The position numbers and the translations under genes are program-made. Positions 18,568-29,177 of a DNA stretch of 64,000 bases are shown here, piece by piece. Within the stretch, counting starts at the first letter, position 1. Each line of letters starts with the position of its first letter. The DNA comes from Thermoanaerobaculia bacterium (GTDB lineage Bacteria; Acidobacteriota; Thermoanaerobaculia; Multivoradales; Multivoraceae): assembly GCA_963664405.1 (NCBI GenBank), contig OY761158.1:608001-672000 (forward strand), given 5' to 3'. Below the pieces are notes generated by a model, which ran no database searches, was not told where the DNA came from, and was given only the letters and a program-made list of their open reading frames with translations.

Positions 18568-19386
18568 CTACTGACCGTATCGTTCCTTCCTGAGCCCCTT
18601 CAGCGCCAGATCGACCCCCTCCAACCTGAGCTGGCCCTCCGGTCGGGGGCCTCGAGTCTGCATGGTGACCAGATAATCGGCGAACGCAGCGTCGATACCG
18701 ATGCTGTAACCCTGAAGATCCTGGGCGCGATTCGTCGCCACCTTCGCCAACCGCACCGATGCCGCCGTGTTCTCGGCCACCCGTCGCGCGTAAGCCACCG
18801 TCTCGCGTTCGAGATCCTCAGGCTCGAAAACTTGGTTCACGAAGCCGATCTCCTTGGCCTCGGCGGCGTCGACGAATCGATACTCGAATAGGAGCTCTTT
18901 CGCCTTCCTGGGGTGAAGATCCCACGGCAGCGAGAAATACTCGAGCTGCGAAGGAAGAAAGAGAGCCTCCGTCGAGGCGAAAACCAGATCCATCGCCGCG
19001 GCAATCATCCAGCCACCGAAGATGCAATAGCCCTCGACCAGAGCTATCGTCGGCTTGGGAAGGTTGCGCCACTTGAGGGTGTAGTCGAGGTTGTACTTGC
19101 GAAAGTTATCGTAGAACTCGAGGCCTTGGTCAGGAACACCCCGCTGCTTCTGGTCCGCGGCCTGCTCGGCGGTGCCGAGATCGTGGCCCGACGAGAAGTT
19201 TCCGTCGGCGCCATCGACGATCACCACTCGTACGTCCTTGTCATCGACGGCCCGGTCCAGTGCCTGATCCAGCTGATCGAGAAGGCGCCAGCTCTGGGCG
19301 TTCCGATACCTGGGTCGATTCAGAGTGACTCTGGCGATAGGGCCATCAACAGAGTAGAGAACATCCTGGGTCGCAGTCTTGTGCAT
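18568..19386 (-). CDS. Enoyl-CoA hydratase/isomerase family protein
   Basis: TLNRP..RNA, FSSGHDL, KPTIALVEGYCIFGG. AGGAG RBS before ATG 19386. Confidence 0.9.
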   Translation of the reverse strand: MHKTATQDVLYSVDGPIARVTLNRPRYRNAQSWRLLDQLDQALDRAVDDKDVRVVIVDGADGNFSSGHDLGTAEQAADQKQRGVPDQGLEFYDNFRKYNLDYTLKWRNLPKPTIALVEGYCIFGGWMIAAAMDLVFASTEALFLPSQLEYFSLPWDLHPRKAKELLFEYRFVDAAEAKEIGFVNQVFEPEDLERETVAYARRVAENTAASVRLAKVATNRAQDLQGYSIGIDAAFADYLVTMQTRGPRPEGQLRLEGVDLALKGLRKERYGQ

Positions 19387-19509
19387 CGCATCTCCTGAGG
19401 TTACCGAAGAGCATACCGCCCGCAGCCTACCGAGGTCACGACGGCTGCGATCTCGCGATTGCGGTGCCGGTAACGCCGCGGTCGAATAGGCGCTGAATCT
19501 CGGCCTCAC

Positions 19510-19721
19510 TGAAGCCGAGTCGCTCTCGCAAAAGACGAGCCACCGAAATGGGGTTCGACGCCAACCACTGGTTCATGAACGTCGAGTACGCCGCCCTCGA
19601 TCGCATCGGCCACGAGACCGTGCGCTACGTCGCCAACATCTACAAGTACTACTCCGCCTACCGGGTCGGCCTCGAGCTCGCGGATCAAAGACGCGAGCTC
19701 CTGGACGAACTCGAGAGATGA
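19510..19721 (+). pseudogene. Remnant 3' end of an MltF-like lytic transglycosylase gene
   Basis: Translates as RRATEMGFDANHWFMNVEYAALDRIGHETVRYVANIYKYYSAY..., resembling the SLT C-terminal ETxxYV motif region. No upstream body of the gene is present. Confidence 0.65.
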
Positions 19722-19745
19722 GAAGAAGCTTAGCCGACCGCGCTT

Positions 19746-21035
19746 TCAGCTGCCGAAAGAGCGGTCGAAGAGCTCTTCGATCGCTTTGAGAGCCGCGTCC
19801 GTGGGAAAACGCGTTCCGGTACCGGCGAAGTGCGTCCGACGGATCACAGGTGCATCCACCGGCTGCCAGACTTCGTCGCGCCACTCGAACCATCGCTCCT
19901 GCGCCTGATCGAAGACGTAGACCCGTTTGTGGAAGTGCCGAGCCAGCTCGACACCCCATCCCGTGCCGCCACGGACGGTGCCGTCCTCCTGAAGGTACCC
20001 GACCGCAAACACCTCTCCGGCGGTCGCTACCTGGTGCCAGATCATCTTGAGAATACGCTGGAAGGTCTCAGTCTTGGGAAACGACCTGTGAAGCTGAACT
20101 TTGATGTAGGCCTCACTGACGCTACCGCGGTCGAGAGCCTCTTCGCTCAGGATCTCTAGTCCTCGTGAACGCTTCGGCTCACGACCGGCAAAGGTGAAGT
20201 TGACCTCGCCCACGCGGTGGCGCTCGGCGGCCTCTCCGAACGCCTTTTCCACACCCTTCGCGCTCCCCGAGATCAGGGTGAAGGCCTTGGGCGGAAGACT
20301 GACACGAGTCTCTTCCTGCTCCTCCCTTGCAATCTGCATGGTATCGGGATGAAGAACCAAGTGGGTCTCCGAGGGTTCGGGGTTGTCGTGATCCTTGAGC
20401 AGGCGGATACTAACTTCCGCCCCCTCGGGTTCGAGAAAGATCGCGATGTCGATCTCGTTCGCGCATCCGTCGCAGGGCGGAGTGATCCGGGTCGGATGGT
20501 CGGTGGTCGCCGCGCGCTGAGTCTGCGCCGACATCCACAGCTCGGCGCCGACGGTAGCAGCCAGTTCTTTGAGCAAGCCGATCTCGGCGACCAGGCTGTC
20601 CGGCTCGAAACCTGCCCAATCGAAGCCATCGATGAGAATCGCCCTTGGCATGAAGCCCAGCCCGTTGTCGTAGAGCTTGAGGGTTTCCGCCAGCTTCTCA
20701 GCATCCAGCGAGCCGCGTGGGGCAGCGTGGATCAGCCGATTCCGACCCAGCCTCTCTCGCGCTTGCACGACTTCTTCGTCATCGAAACTACTCTCAGCAA
20801 GATCCTCGAAGAGCGCGTCGTAGAACGACTCCATGTGGTCGAGATCCTGGCCGAAGGCAACGTGGAGCGTAGGCTTCTCGCGAAGCGCGTGATCAATACC
20901 GACCTGCACCAAGAACGCAGTCTTGCCGACTCCGGCGCGCGCCATGACGACGCCGAGGTCGCCGGGGCGAACCGCCCCGTGGGCGGTCTCTTCGAGGATT
21001 CGAAGAGGACTTCTCGAAATCTCTGTCGTCAACAT
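19746..21035 (-). CDS. RecA/KaiC-like P-loop domain fused to a SLOG-like C-terminal domain
   Basis: Walker A-like ARAGVGKT, Walker B-like ILIDG, C-terminal SGSAKGVE...GGTGWGVELA...VYVFD. Starts 13 bp after the fusA stop. Confidence 0.7.
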   Translation of the reverse strand: MLTTEISRSPLRILEETAHGAVRPGDLGVVMARAGVGKTAFLVQVGIDHALREKPTLHVAFGQDLDHMESFYDALFEDLAESSFDDEEVVQARERLGRNRLIHAAPRGSLDAEKLAETLKLYDNGLGFMPRAILIDGFDWAGFEPDSLVAEIGLLKELAATVGAELWMSAQTQRAATTDHPTRITPPCDGCANEIDIAIFLEPEGAEVSIRLLKDHDNPEPSETHLVLHPDTMQIAREEQEETRVSLPPKAFTLISGSAKGVEKAFGEAAERHRVGEVNFTFAGREPKRSRGLEILSEEALDRGSVSEAYIKVQLHRSFPKTETFQRILKMIWHQVATAGEVFAVGYLQEDGTVRGGTGWGVELARHFHKRVYVFDQAQERWFEWRDEVWQPVDAPVIRRTHFAGTGTRFPTDAALKAIEELFDRSFGS

Positions 21036-21048
21036 CTAGATCTACTCC

Positions 21049-23130
21049 TCAAGCCTTTACTTCGGCGGCCTTACGGGCCACCAATTCTTCTTGCACAGAA
21101 TCCGGGGCGGGGGCGTAGCGGGAAAACTCCATGGTGAACTCGGCCTTGCCCTGGGTCGACGAGCGTAGCGAGGTGGCGTAGCCGAACATCTCGGCCAGCG
21201 GTACCTCGGCATCGGTGGCCGCCATGACCCCGTCCTCCTCCGAGCCTATGATCGAGGCGCGGCGCTGCATCAAAGTGGTCAGAACAGCACCGCTGAACTC
21301 ACTCGGGCTCTCGACCGAGACGCGCATGATCGGCTCGAGTACCCGCGGCTTACCGCGATCGTAAGCCTCTCTCCAGGCGCCGCGAGCCGCCTCTTTGAAA
21401 GCGATCTCCGAAGAGTCGACTGCGTGGTTGTTGCCATCGTTGATGACCACTCGTACGTTGACGACCGGAGCGCCGATCTTGCGACCCTCGGCTATCATCG
21501 AGCGAAATCCCTTCTGCACCGCCGGGATGAACTTGGTGGGAATGACTCCACCCCTGATCTCGTCAACGAACTCGAATTCGGCATCCGGATTCGGTTCGAT
21601 GTACCCGGTGACGCGACCGTACTGGCCTGAGCCACCGGTCTGCTTCTTGTGGATGTAGTCGAAGTCGACGCGCCGGGTCACCGTCTCGCGGTAGGCGACG
21701 CGAGGGGGAGAGACTTCGACTTCGACGCTGTACTCCCGTCGCATGCGCTCGAGATAGACCTCGAGCTGTAGCTCGCCCATGCCGTGAATAACGGTCTCTC
21801 CCGAATCGGGATCGGCACCGGCCCGGAAGGTTGGATCCTCCTTGGTGAAGCGACGCAGGGCCTTGGTGAGGTTGGCCTGCGACTTGTTGCCCACCGGATG
21901 CACCGACAAGGAGATGACCGGCTCCGGAACGTAAATCGAAGTCAAGGCCACCTGCAGGCCGCCGCTGGTAAAGGTGTCGCCGGAGTGGCAGTCGAGACCA
22001 AATATGGCAACGATGTCGCCAGGTCCCGCCTCCAACACATCCTCCATCTCGTCTGCGTGCATCCGCACCAGACGACCGATCTTGGTCTGTTTGCCCGTAC
22101 GCGTGTTAGTGATCAACGTCTCGCGGTTGGCCGTGCCCTGGTAGAGACGGATGTAGGTGAGTTGCCCATAACGCCCGTCTTCGAGCTTGAAGGCGAGGAG
22201 AACGACATCATCGTCAGGGTCGCTGGACAAGATCATCTTGTCCTCATCAGCGCTATCGAGGCGGATGCCCTCGTTCACAATCTCGGTGGGGTTCGGGAGA
22301 TAGCGACATACTGCATCGAGTAGGGGCTGCACGCCCTTGTTCTTGTAGGCCGAACCAATCAACATCGGCGTCAGCTGAAGCGAGATCGTCGCTTCTCGAA
22401 TCGCCTCCCAGATGACCTCTTCGCTGAGCGTGTCTTCGAGAATGGCTTCCATGAGCTCGACCGAGAACATCGAAACCGCATCGAGCATCTCTTCGCGAGC
22501 AGCTTCGGCGGCCGCTTTATGCTCGCCGGGAATCTCCCGATCCACCGGCTCTTCGCCAAATTCGCCCTCGAAATAGATCGCCTTCATCGAGATGAGATCG
22601 ATGACCCCCTCGAAGTCGTGACCCAGGCCGATCGGCAACTGCAAGAGCACCGGATTCTGCCCGAGCTTCTCTCGTAGCTGATCCCTCACCCGATGAGGAT
22701 CGGCCCCCTCCCGATCGCACTTGTTGACGAAGGCAATACGGGGCACCTTGTAGCGGTTCATCTGCCGGTCGACGGTGAAGGACTGACTCTGTACTCCGGC
22801 CACCGCGCAGAGCACCAGCACCGCCCCATCGAGCACCCGCAAACTACGCTCGACTTCGATGGTGAAGTCGACGTGGCCAGGGGTATCGATGATGTTGATG
22901 TGATTGCCGTCCCATTCGCAGTGAGTGGCGGCGGAGGCGATGGTGATGCCTCGCTCGCGCTCCAGCTCCATCGAGTCCATCTTGGCGCCGACCCCGTCCT
23001 TGCCACGAACGTCGTGGATGGCGTGAACCCGATCGGTGTAGAAAAGAACTCGCTCCGTCAGGGTAGTCTTGCCGCTGTCGATGTGTGCGGAGATCCCGAT
23101 ATTGCGTAGAGTGCTGAGGTCTTGGGTCAT
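21049..23130 (-). CDS. fusA: Elongation factor G (stand-alone copy)
   Basis: [49 protein letters not shown]. Confidence 0.97.
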   Translation of the reverse strand: MTQDLSTLRNIGISAHIDSGKTTLTERVLFYTDRVHAIHDVRGKDGVGAKMDSMELERERGITIASAATHCEWDGNHINIIDTPGHVDFTIEVERSLRVLDGAVLVLCAVAGVQSQSFTVDRQMNRYKVPRIAFVNKCDREGADPHRVRDQLREKLGQNPVLLQLPIGLGHDFEGVIDLISMKAIYFEGEFGEEPVDREIPGEHKAAAEAAREEMLDAVSMFSVELMEAILEDTLSEEVIWEAIREATISLQLTPMLIGSAYKNKGVQPLLDAVCRYLPNPTEIVNEGIRLDSADEDKMILSSDPDDDVVLLAFKLEDGRYGQLTYIRLYQGTANRETLITNTRTGKQTKIGRLVRMHADEMEDVLEAGPGDIVAIFGLDCHSGDTFTSGGLQVALTSIYVPEPVISLSVHPVGNKSQANLTKALRRFTKEDPTFRAGADPDSGETVIHGMGELQLEVYLERMRREYSVEVEVSPPRVAYRETVTRRVDFDYIHKKQTGGSGQYGRVTGYIEPNPDAEFEFVDEIRGGVIPTKFIPAVQKGFRSMIAEGRKIGAPVVNVRVVINDGNNHAVDSSEIAFKEAARGAWREAYDRGKPRVLEPIMRVSVESPSEFSGAVLTTLMQRRASIIGSEEDGVMAATDAEVPLAEMFGYATSLRSSTQGKAEFTMEFSRYAPAPDSVQEELVARKAAEVKA

Positions 23131-23348
23131 GGCTGCTCTCCTGGAGGGCTACCTGCGGAGCTCGAGTTCAGCGCCTAGACCTAGACGCCCCAAGCTCAGG
23201 GGCAATCGAAATAGTTGATCTTGTTGAGGAATCGAAATGCCGACGACTGCCGGCACACCGCATTGCGCGAACAGGCCAAACTCAGAGCCCGATACATACG
23301 CAGAGAGCGTACTTTACCACAGAAGTCAAATAGAAAGGCGATTAGTTC

Positions 23349-24029
23349 ATGGATTTCAACGAGGTAGTCCGCACCACCTTTGCTGCGCGCGAGTTCCTGC
23401 CCGATCCAGTCCCCGACCAGGCCCTCTACGAGATCCTCGAACACGCTCGCTTCGCACCTAGTGGAGGTAATCGCCAGGGCTGGCACGTCATCATCGTCCG
23501 CGACCCCACCGCTCGCGCGCGGCTTGCCGAAATGATTCAGCCGGTGTGGCGCCTCTACCGAGCGCAGGTGGGCGCCGGCGAGAACCCGCTAAACGCCATC
23601 GTGCCAAGCAAAGTCGACGCTGAGCAAGCGGCGGAGACTCCCGCCCCCTCTCCACTTCTCGACCACCTTGACGAGCCGCTCCGGATCCCGACCCTGCTCG
23701 TTGTCACCGTCGACCTCTCGGTCGTCGCATCGATGGACAAGGATCTCGACCGCATCGGTGTCATCAGCGGAGCTTCGATCTACCCCTTCGTCTGGAACCT
23801 CCTCCTCTCCGCACGAAGCCGAGGCTACGGGGGCGTACTCACGACCTTCCTCGCCGCGGCCGAGCCTGCTGCCCAGGAGCTGCTTGGAATTCCACCCAGT
23901 CATGCGGTCGCCGCGATGGTGCCTCTGGGAAAGCCGGTCAGGCAGCTCACCAAGCTCCGACGGCGACCGGTTGAGGAGTTTGCGACTTTGGACCGCTTCG
24001 ATGGCGAGAGCTTTTCGCTTCCGGGATAG
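23349..24029 (+). CDS. Nitroreductase family protein
   Basis: ARFAPSGGNRQGW, NLLLSARSRGYG. Confidence 0.9.
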   Translation: MDFNEVVRTTFAAREFLPDPVPDQALYEILEHARFAPSGGNRQGWHVIIVRDPTARARLAEMIQPVWRLYRAQVGAGENPLNAIVPSKVDAEQAAETPAPSPLLDHLDEPLRIPTLLVVTVDLSVVASMDKDLDRIGVISGASIYPFVWNLLLSARSRGYGGVLTTFLAAAEPAAQELLGIPPSHAVAAMVPLGKPVRQLTKLRRRPVEEFATLDRFDGESFSLPG

Positions 24030-24064
24030 AGACCGAGACGAAAGTGAGGATCGGCGCTCGAGAG

Positions 24065-24231
24065 CGAGTGTCCTGTATCAGTGGTTCGTTGCATAAATCG
24101 CGCAGTCATTTTGGGTGCTGCCAAGGCGCTACGACGAAGGCATATTGGGCAATATTGCGAGGAGGAGAAACGACGGCAGCGCGCAAAAGGGCCAGCGAGT
24201 TGTGGGACGAACTACTGGTACAGGACACTAG
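24065..24231 (+). repeat. CTAG-bounded palindromic element, copy 1 (arm type A)
   Basis: Arms c(g)agtgtcctgta...tacaggacactag. Near-identical to the reverse complement of 57312-57476. Confidence 0.9.
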
Positions 24232-24776
24232 CTCTTCAGCCCCTCGAGCATGCTGATGAAGGCATCACGCTCGGCGGCAGCGGTCGCACCAGGAGCAACC
24301 AAGCGCAAGAACCAGGGCCCGCCCTCGCCCTCGACGATCGCCCCCAGCAGACGGTAGCCCGGCAGATCCGTGCTCGGAAAGGAGCCGATACGGCTCGCTT
24401 TGAGCGTCCCGGAAACGTCAACCGTGTGCACTCGGAGGCTGCCGACCGAGAGCTCTTCACGGATCGGCCCGCTTCCTGCCGCCAATTCGAGCTGGCCAAT
24501 CCACCGCTCGATATTGGCCTCGACTCCCCCACCGCCGCCCACTCCAAAATGAAAAACCAGAAACTCCCCATCGCCGCCGGCTCCAGGCACCCTCGCCTGC
24601 AGAAGACGCATATTCGAGCTTGGTGTCTCGGGCTCCCAGCCGGACGGAATCTCGATGCCTAGTCCACGAGCAGAGATCACCTCGGCCGCCACTCCGCCGC
24701 CAACCGCGAACAAGAATGCCGCGGCTATCAGCGTCGGAAGCCGGTAAGGGGCCGGGCCCGTGACGATTCGGATCAT
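24228..24776 (-). CDS. Hypothetical exported protein
   Basis: Signal-like hydrophobic stretch; GGGVEANIERWIGQ motif. The longer ORF-track start runs through a repeat element, so the start was moved to ATG 24776. Confidence 0.75.
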   Translation of the reverse strand: MIRIVTGPAPYRLPTLIAAAFLFAVGGGVAAEVISARGLGIEIPSGWEPETPSSNMRLLQARVPGAGGDGEFLVFHFGVGGGGGVEANIERWIGQLELAAGSGPIREELSVGSLRVHTVDVSGTLKASRIGSFPSTDLPGYRLLGAIVEGEGGPWFLRLVAPGATAAAERDAFISMLEGLKS

Positions 24777-24856
24777 GAAAGTAGGCTGCGGAGCGTTGGA
24801 AGACACCGGCGCAGAGGCTAGCAGAAAGTGAAATGGATCGTCTCGGCCCTTCGCAC

Positions 24857-25022
24857 CTAGTGTTGTGTCTCCGACATGGCTTGCCAAGAGCTCGAGGTCA
24901 TTTTGTTCGCTGTCAAGGAGCGACGAGGCAGGCATATTTGGAATATGTCGACGAGTCGCGACGACGGCAGCGGGCAAAAGGGGCCGAGATATTGGTAAGC
25001 CATGTCGGAGACACGGCACTAG
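24857..25022 (+). repeat. CTAG-bounded palindromic element, copy 2 (arm type B)
   Basis: 31-bp arms ctagtgttgtgtctccgacatggcttgccaa / ttggtaagccatgtcggagacacggcactag; shared core. Confidence 0.9.
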
Positions 25023-25031
25023 AATGGCGCG

Positions 25032-25985
25032 GTGAGCAGCTCTCCCCAAGAGACCCCTTTGCCTACGTTCCGGCGGCGCACTCTGGATGAGCCAGAGATC
25101 GTCCACCCCCACCGGCGCCATCTCTTCCATCCCAAGCGGGGCTGGTTCCGTAGACTCGAGCGCTGGCTGAGCTCCCTGCTGAGCGCTCGAATCTACCCCC
25201 ACTTCCCCATCCTTGGCGCTGTCTACTCTCGACAGATCGAACGCGACCTCACAGTGGCGGAGGTCGAAATCGGGATCCGGAGTCTAGGTAGTGCCTTCGA
25301 TGGTCTGCAGCTGTTGTTGGTGAGCGACATTCATACCGGGGCCTTCCTTCCTCCGCCCATCCTCAGTCAGACCTTCGAACGGCTTGCCTCGCTCGCGCCC
25401 GATGTGATCCTCCTCTGCGGCGACCTCATTACGACCCGGCTGGAAGACCTCACAGAACATCTGGAAGCCTTCGCCGCCCTCGGGGCCCCACTCGGCGTCT
25501 TCGCAGTTCTCGGCAACCATGACCACTACACCGAGGACGTGGGTGCGCTGAAGCAGCAGTTGGAAGAAACAGGGGTTGAGCTCCTCCACAACCGCTCGAT
25601 CGAGCTGAAGTGCGGCGGCGACCGTCTCTTCCTCGCCGGCATCGACGACTGGCTCATGGGCGAGCCGGACCTTCCAGCAGCGCTCGAAGGTGTAGAGCGC
25701 CCCACCGTTCTCCTCTCACACAACCCGGACTCCTTCTTCGACGCGGCGGCATCGAGCGTAGATCTCGTGCTCTCGGGGCACACTCACGCCGGCCAGATCC
25801 GAGTTCCCGGACTCGGGGTTCTGGTACGCCAGAGTCGTTACGGCCTCGATGACGGCCGTTACCGGCTCGGGGAGTGCGAGCTCGTTGTCAGTCGGGGATT
25901 AGGAGCCGTAGGACTTCCGTTGCGCTTGGCCTGCCCGCCAGAAGCCGTGCTCATCCGACTGCGACAGCGGACGCCCCGCCCCTAG
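25032..25985 (+). CDS. Calcineurin-like metallophosphoesterase (YkuE-like)
   Basis: SDIH, GD, GNHD, SHNP, SGHTHAGQ. Confidence 0.92.
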   Translation: MSSSPQETPLPTFRRRTLDEPEIVHPHRRHLFHPKRGWFRRLERWLSSLLSARIYPHFPILGAVYSRQIERDLTVAEVEIGIRSLGSAFDGLQLLLVSDIHTGAFLPPPILSQTFERLASLAPDVILLCGDLITTRLEDLTEHLEAFAALGAPLGVFAVLGNHDHYTEDVGALKQQLEETGVELLHNRSIELKCGGDRLFLAGIDDWLMGEPDLPAALEGVERPTVLLSHNPDSFFDAAASSVDLVLSGHTHAGQIRVPGLGVLVRQSRYGLDDGRYRLGECELVVSRGLGAVGLPLRLACPPEAVLIRLRQRTPRP

Positions 25986-26005
25986 CCGAATGGTAGCCTG
26001 CCGAA

Positions 26006-26767
26006 GTGCCAGGGCCCGACTATCTACAGCGGAACCGGACGCAGTGGAACACCCTCGCCGCCGAGTACGCGCCCCGCGCCGTTCTCTCCTGGGCGCAGTC
26101 GGAGCCGAGCTGGGGAATCTGGGGGATCCCGGAGTCCGAGCTCGGCCTACTTGCCGACGTCGCCGGCAAGGACGCGCTCGAAGACGGCTGCGGCACCGCT
26201 TATGTATCGGCGTGGATGAAGCGCAGAGGAGCCGCACCGGTCGGGCTCGACAACTCCCCCGCCCAACTGGCGACGGCGAGGCGGATGCAGCGCGAGCACG
26301 ATCTTCACTTTCCGCTCGTTCACGGTGCGGCAGAGACGCTGCCCTTCCCGACGGAGAGCTTCGACCTGGTCTTCTCCGAGTACGGGGCCGCGATCTGGTC
26401 CGACCCTTACCTGTGGATTCCCGAGGCGAGCCGTGTGCTCCGCCAGGGTGGAGAGCTCATTCACCTCGGCAACGGGACTCTGCTCATGGCCTGCATGCCG
26501 GAGCTCGATACCGACCTGCCCGCCAAGCACGAGCTGTTGAGGGACTATTTCGGCATGCATCGATTCGAGTGGCCCGACGACGAAAGCGTCGAGTTTCATC
26601 TCGGATACGGCGACTGGATTCGCCTCTTTCGAAGCCACGACCTCGAGGTCCTGGACCTTCTGGAACTGCGCCCGTCAGCAGGAGCGGAAACGGTCTATGA
26701 CTTCGTCAGCGCGGAATGGGCGCGCCGATGGCCGGCAGAGCAGGTCTGGAGGGTGCGCAAGCGCTGA
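26006..26767 (+). CDS. Class I SAM-dependent methyltransferase
   Basis: LEDGCGTA, LPFPTESFDLV, RVLRQGG. Confidence 0.9.
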   Translation: MPGPDYLQRNRTQWNTLAAEYAPRAVLSWAQSEPSWGIWGIPESELGLLADVAGKDALEDGCGTAYVSAWMKRRGAAPVGLDNSPAQLATARRMQREHDLHFPLVHGAAETLPFPTESFDLVFSEYGAAIWSDPYLWIPEASRVLRQGGELIHLGNGTLLMACMPELDTDLPAKHELLRDYFGMHRFEWPDDESVEFHLGYGDWIRLFRSHDLEVLDLLELRPSAGAETVYDFVSAEWARRWPAEQVWRVRKR

Positions 26768-26797
26768 GCGGACCTAGGGCCACCCCTCAAAGCGAAC

Positions 26798-28027
26798 ATG
26801 AGCACTCTGGCTGCACCGCGCCTCTGTTGCCTCGACCTCGACACCTTCTTCGTCTCGGTCGAGAGACTCCTCGACTCCTCCCTCGAAGGCAAGCCTGTGA
26901 TCGTGGGAGGTCGGCCAGGCCAGCGCGGCGTGGTCACCGCATGTAGCTACGAGGTACGCACTTTCGGCGTGCGCTCCGGAATGTCCCTCACCGAGGCTGT
27001 GCGCCTCGCCCCTCGAGAGGCCATCTTCCTGCCGACCCGCAGCGACACCTACGGGCAGTACTCCAAGGCCGTGCGAGAAATCGCCGCCCGCTACTCGCCG
27101 GTCATCCAGGTCGCCAGCATCGACGAGCTCTACATGGACCTCGCCGGCTGCGAAGCGCTCTACCGCAAGCCTGGCGACGCCTCGGATGACGCGACGATCT
27201 TGCGCACCGTTCGCGAGCTGACGACGACGATCAAAACTGAGCAGGGACTCCCGGCCAGCGTCGGCATCGCCACCAGTCGATCGATGGCCAAGGTCGCAAG
27301 CGGACTCGCCAAGCCGGCGGGAGTTCTTCTCATTCCCGGCGGCACCGAAGCGGAGCTACTGGCGCCACTTCCCGTTCGCAAGCTCCCCGGCATCGGACCG
27401 GTGGCGGAGGCGAAGCTCTCCAGCCACGGGATCGGGACTCTCGGCCAGATCGCCTCGGCGCCGCTCCCCGAGCTACAGCAGATCTTCGGGGCCTGGGCCG
27501 AGCATGTTCAGGCGGGGGCGCGCGGCGAAGGATCCTCGGATCTCAGTCGCGATCGGCCCGCGTTCCGCGAGCATGACCTCGCCGGCGACTCGGTCGGTAG
27601 CATCTCGAACGAGCGTACCTTCGGTCGCGACGTGCGCGATCCCAGCGTCCTCGAGGCGCGCTTGTGCTCTCTGTGCGAACGAGTGTGCTGGCGGGCACGA
27701 AAGCGGGGAGTCAAAGCTCGTACGGTGACACTCAAGCTTCGCTATTCCGATTTCCAGACCCTCTCCCGTTCCAGAACCATCCCCCCCACCTCCTCCGAGC
27801 TCGAGATCTTTCCCGTCATCAAGGAGCTCATGGCCAAGGCGCACACCCGCGGTAGAAGCATCCGCCTGCTCGGCGTGGCGCTCTCAAATCTCGGATTCTT
27901 CGACAACCAGCTATCACTCTTCGAAGACGCTCGGCGCAACCAGGCCGTGGACGGGATCCGCGAGAAGTTCGGCTACGATGCAGTTCGCCTGGCTTCTGGG
28001 CGTCGGTTTCAAACGCGACGGCAATGA
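26798..28027 (+). CDS. dinB: DNA polymerase IV (Y family)
   Basis: DLDTFFVSVE, CSYEVRTFGVRSGM, SIDE, AKVAS..AKP, LPGIG, RLLGV. Confidence 0.95.
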   Translation: MSTLAAPRLCCLDLDTFFVSVERLLDSSLEGKPVIVGGRPGQRGVVTACSYEVRTFGVRSGMSLTEAVRLAPREAIFLPTRSDTYGQYSKAVREIAARYSPVIQVASIDELYMDLAGCEALYRKPGDASDDATILRTVRELTTTIKTEQGLPASVGIATSRSMAKVASGLAKPAGVLLIPGGTEAELLAPLPVRKLPGIGPVAEAKLSSHGIGTLGQIASAPLPELQQIFGAWAEHVQAGARGEGSSDLSRDRPAFREHDLAGDSVGSISNERTFGRDVRDPSVLEARLCSLCERVCWRARKRGVKARTVTLKLRYSDFQTLSRSRTIPPTSSELEIFPVIKELMAKAHTRGRSIRLLGVALSNLGFFDNQLSLFEDARRNQAVDGIREKFGYDAVRLASGRRFQTRRQ

Positions 28028-28100
28028 GAGTGGGCGCCGCTGCGGGAAGCGGTAGGCGAGCGGCGGCCCGGCCCGCGCTTCGGGTGTCTTGAGGGCGGGT

Positions 28101-28979
28101 TCAGGCCCTGTTTGCGGCAAGCAGGCTGGTTTCTCTCACAATGGCAGGGAGGCTGAGTCGCGACGCCATTTCCGCCAAGCCGTCACCGCCGCCACGCCAA
28201 CACAATGCATCGACTGAGCCGGAGACCGGTGCTTGGCGAACGACGGTGGCGATCTTTCTGAACAGCAGCGCCAGCTCGACCCGGCCCGCAAGAGTCTCTG
28301 CGAGCTTCGCCCGGCCACGAACCTCGACCGCCCAGTCCTCTCCGCGCGCCGGGATCTGTTCAATATGCTCGTAGTGAGCCAGCACCTTGGCGCTCGACTT
28401 CGCCCCCCAGCCCTTGATCCCGGGAAAGCCGTCGGCGGTGTCACCAACCAGGGCCAGGTAGTCTGGGATCGACGTCGGCAGCACCCCGAACTTGGCAACC
28501 ACTCCCGCCTCGTCGTAGCGCACTCCCTGGCGACGGTCGAACTGCACGACTCGCTTCCCCACCACGCACTGCGAAAGATCCTTGTCCGGGGTACAGATCA
28601 GAACTTCGGTCACGCGCTCGTCGCGCCCCGCCATCTCCGCGCCGGCGGCAAGAGCATCGTCAGCCTCGTACTCGACCATCGGCCAGACCACGATACCGAG
28701 CGCCTCCAGCGCCTCCTCCACCACCGGAAACTGCGCCAGGAGATCCGGCTCCACGCCCTCGCCGGACTTGTAGCCCGGCCACAGATCGTTTCGAAACGAG
28801 GGAATGATGTGGTCGGTGGCGACCGCGAGGTGGGTGGCCCCATCATGCAGCATGTTGAGGACCGACATGACGACGCCTCGAGTTGCGGCCAACTCGAAGC
28901 CCGCGGCGTCACGGTAGCTCGGCACCGCGAAGTAGTGGCGAAAAAGCTCGTAGGTACCGTCGATCAGGTGCACGCGCAT
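28101..28979 (-). CDS. Stand-alone 5'-3' exonuclease/flap endonuclease
   Basis: LIDG, FRNDLWPGYK, EADD, DKDL, LVGDTADGFPGIKGWG (H3TH). Confidence 0.92.
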   Translation of the reverse strand: MRVHLIDGTYELFRHYFAVPSYRDAAGFELAATRGVVMSVLNMLHDGATHLAVATDHIIPSFRNDLWPGYKSGEGVEPDLLAQFPVVEEALEALGIVVWPMVEYEADDALAAGAEMAGRDERVTEVLICTPDKDLSQCVVGKRVVQFDRRQGVRYDEAGVVAKFGVLPTSIPDYLALVGDTADGFPGIKGWGAKSSAKVLAHYEHIEQIPARGEDWAVEVRGRAKLAETLAGRVELALLFRKIATVVRQAPVSGSVDALCWRGGGDGLAEMASRLSLPAIVRETSLLAANRA

Positions 28980-28992
28980 GGCGGATGGGTCC

Positions 28993-29159
28993 CTAGTGTC
29001 GTGTCCCAGAAATGCCTACCCAATAGCTCGGCCCCTTTCGCTCGCTGCCTTCGTTACGCCTCGTCGACAGATTTCCCAATATGCCTGCCTCGCCGCGCCT
29101 TGGCAGCGAACGAAATGACCTCGATCTATTAGGCAGGCATTTCCGGGACACGGCACTAG
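28993..29159 (-). repeat. CTAG-bounded palindromic element, copy 3 (arm type B')
   Basis: ctagtgtcgtgtcccagaaatgcct...aggcatttccgggacacggcactag; core in reverse orientation. Confidence 0.9.
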
Positions 29160-29177
29160 CTATACTAACCGCCAGCG

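Noticed and set aside
24777-25202. N-terminal extensions in the ORF track (also 6287-6361, 35070-35603, 45080-45724, 49221-49331, 55032-55148)
   Set aside because: They run through repeats, promoters or neighbouring genes; better starts exist downstream.
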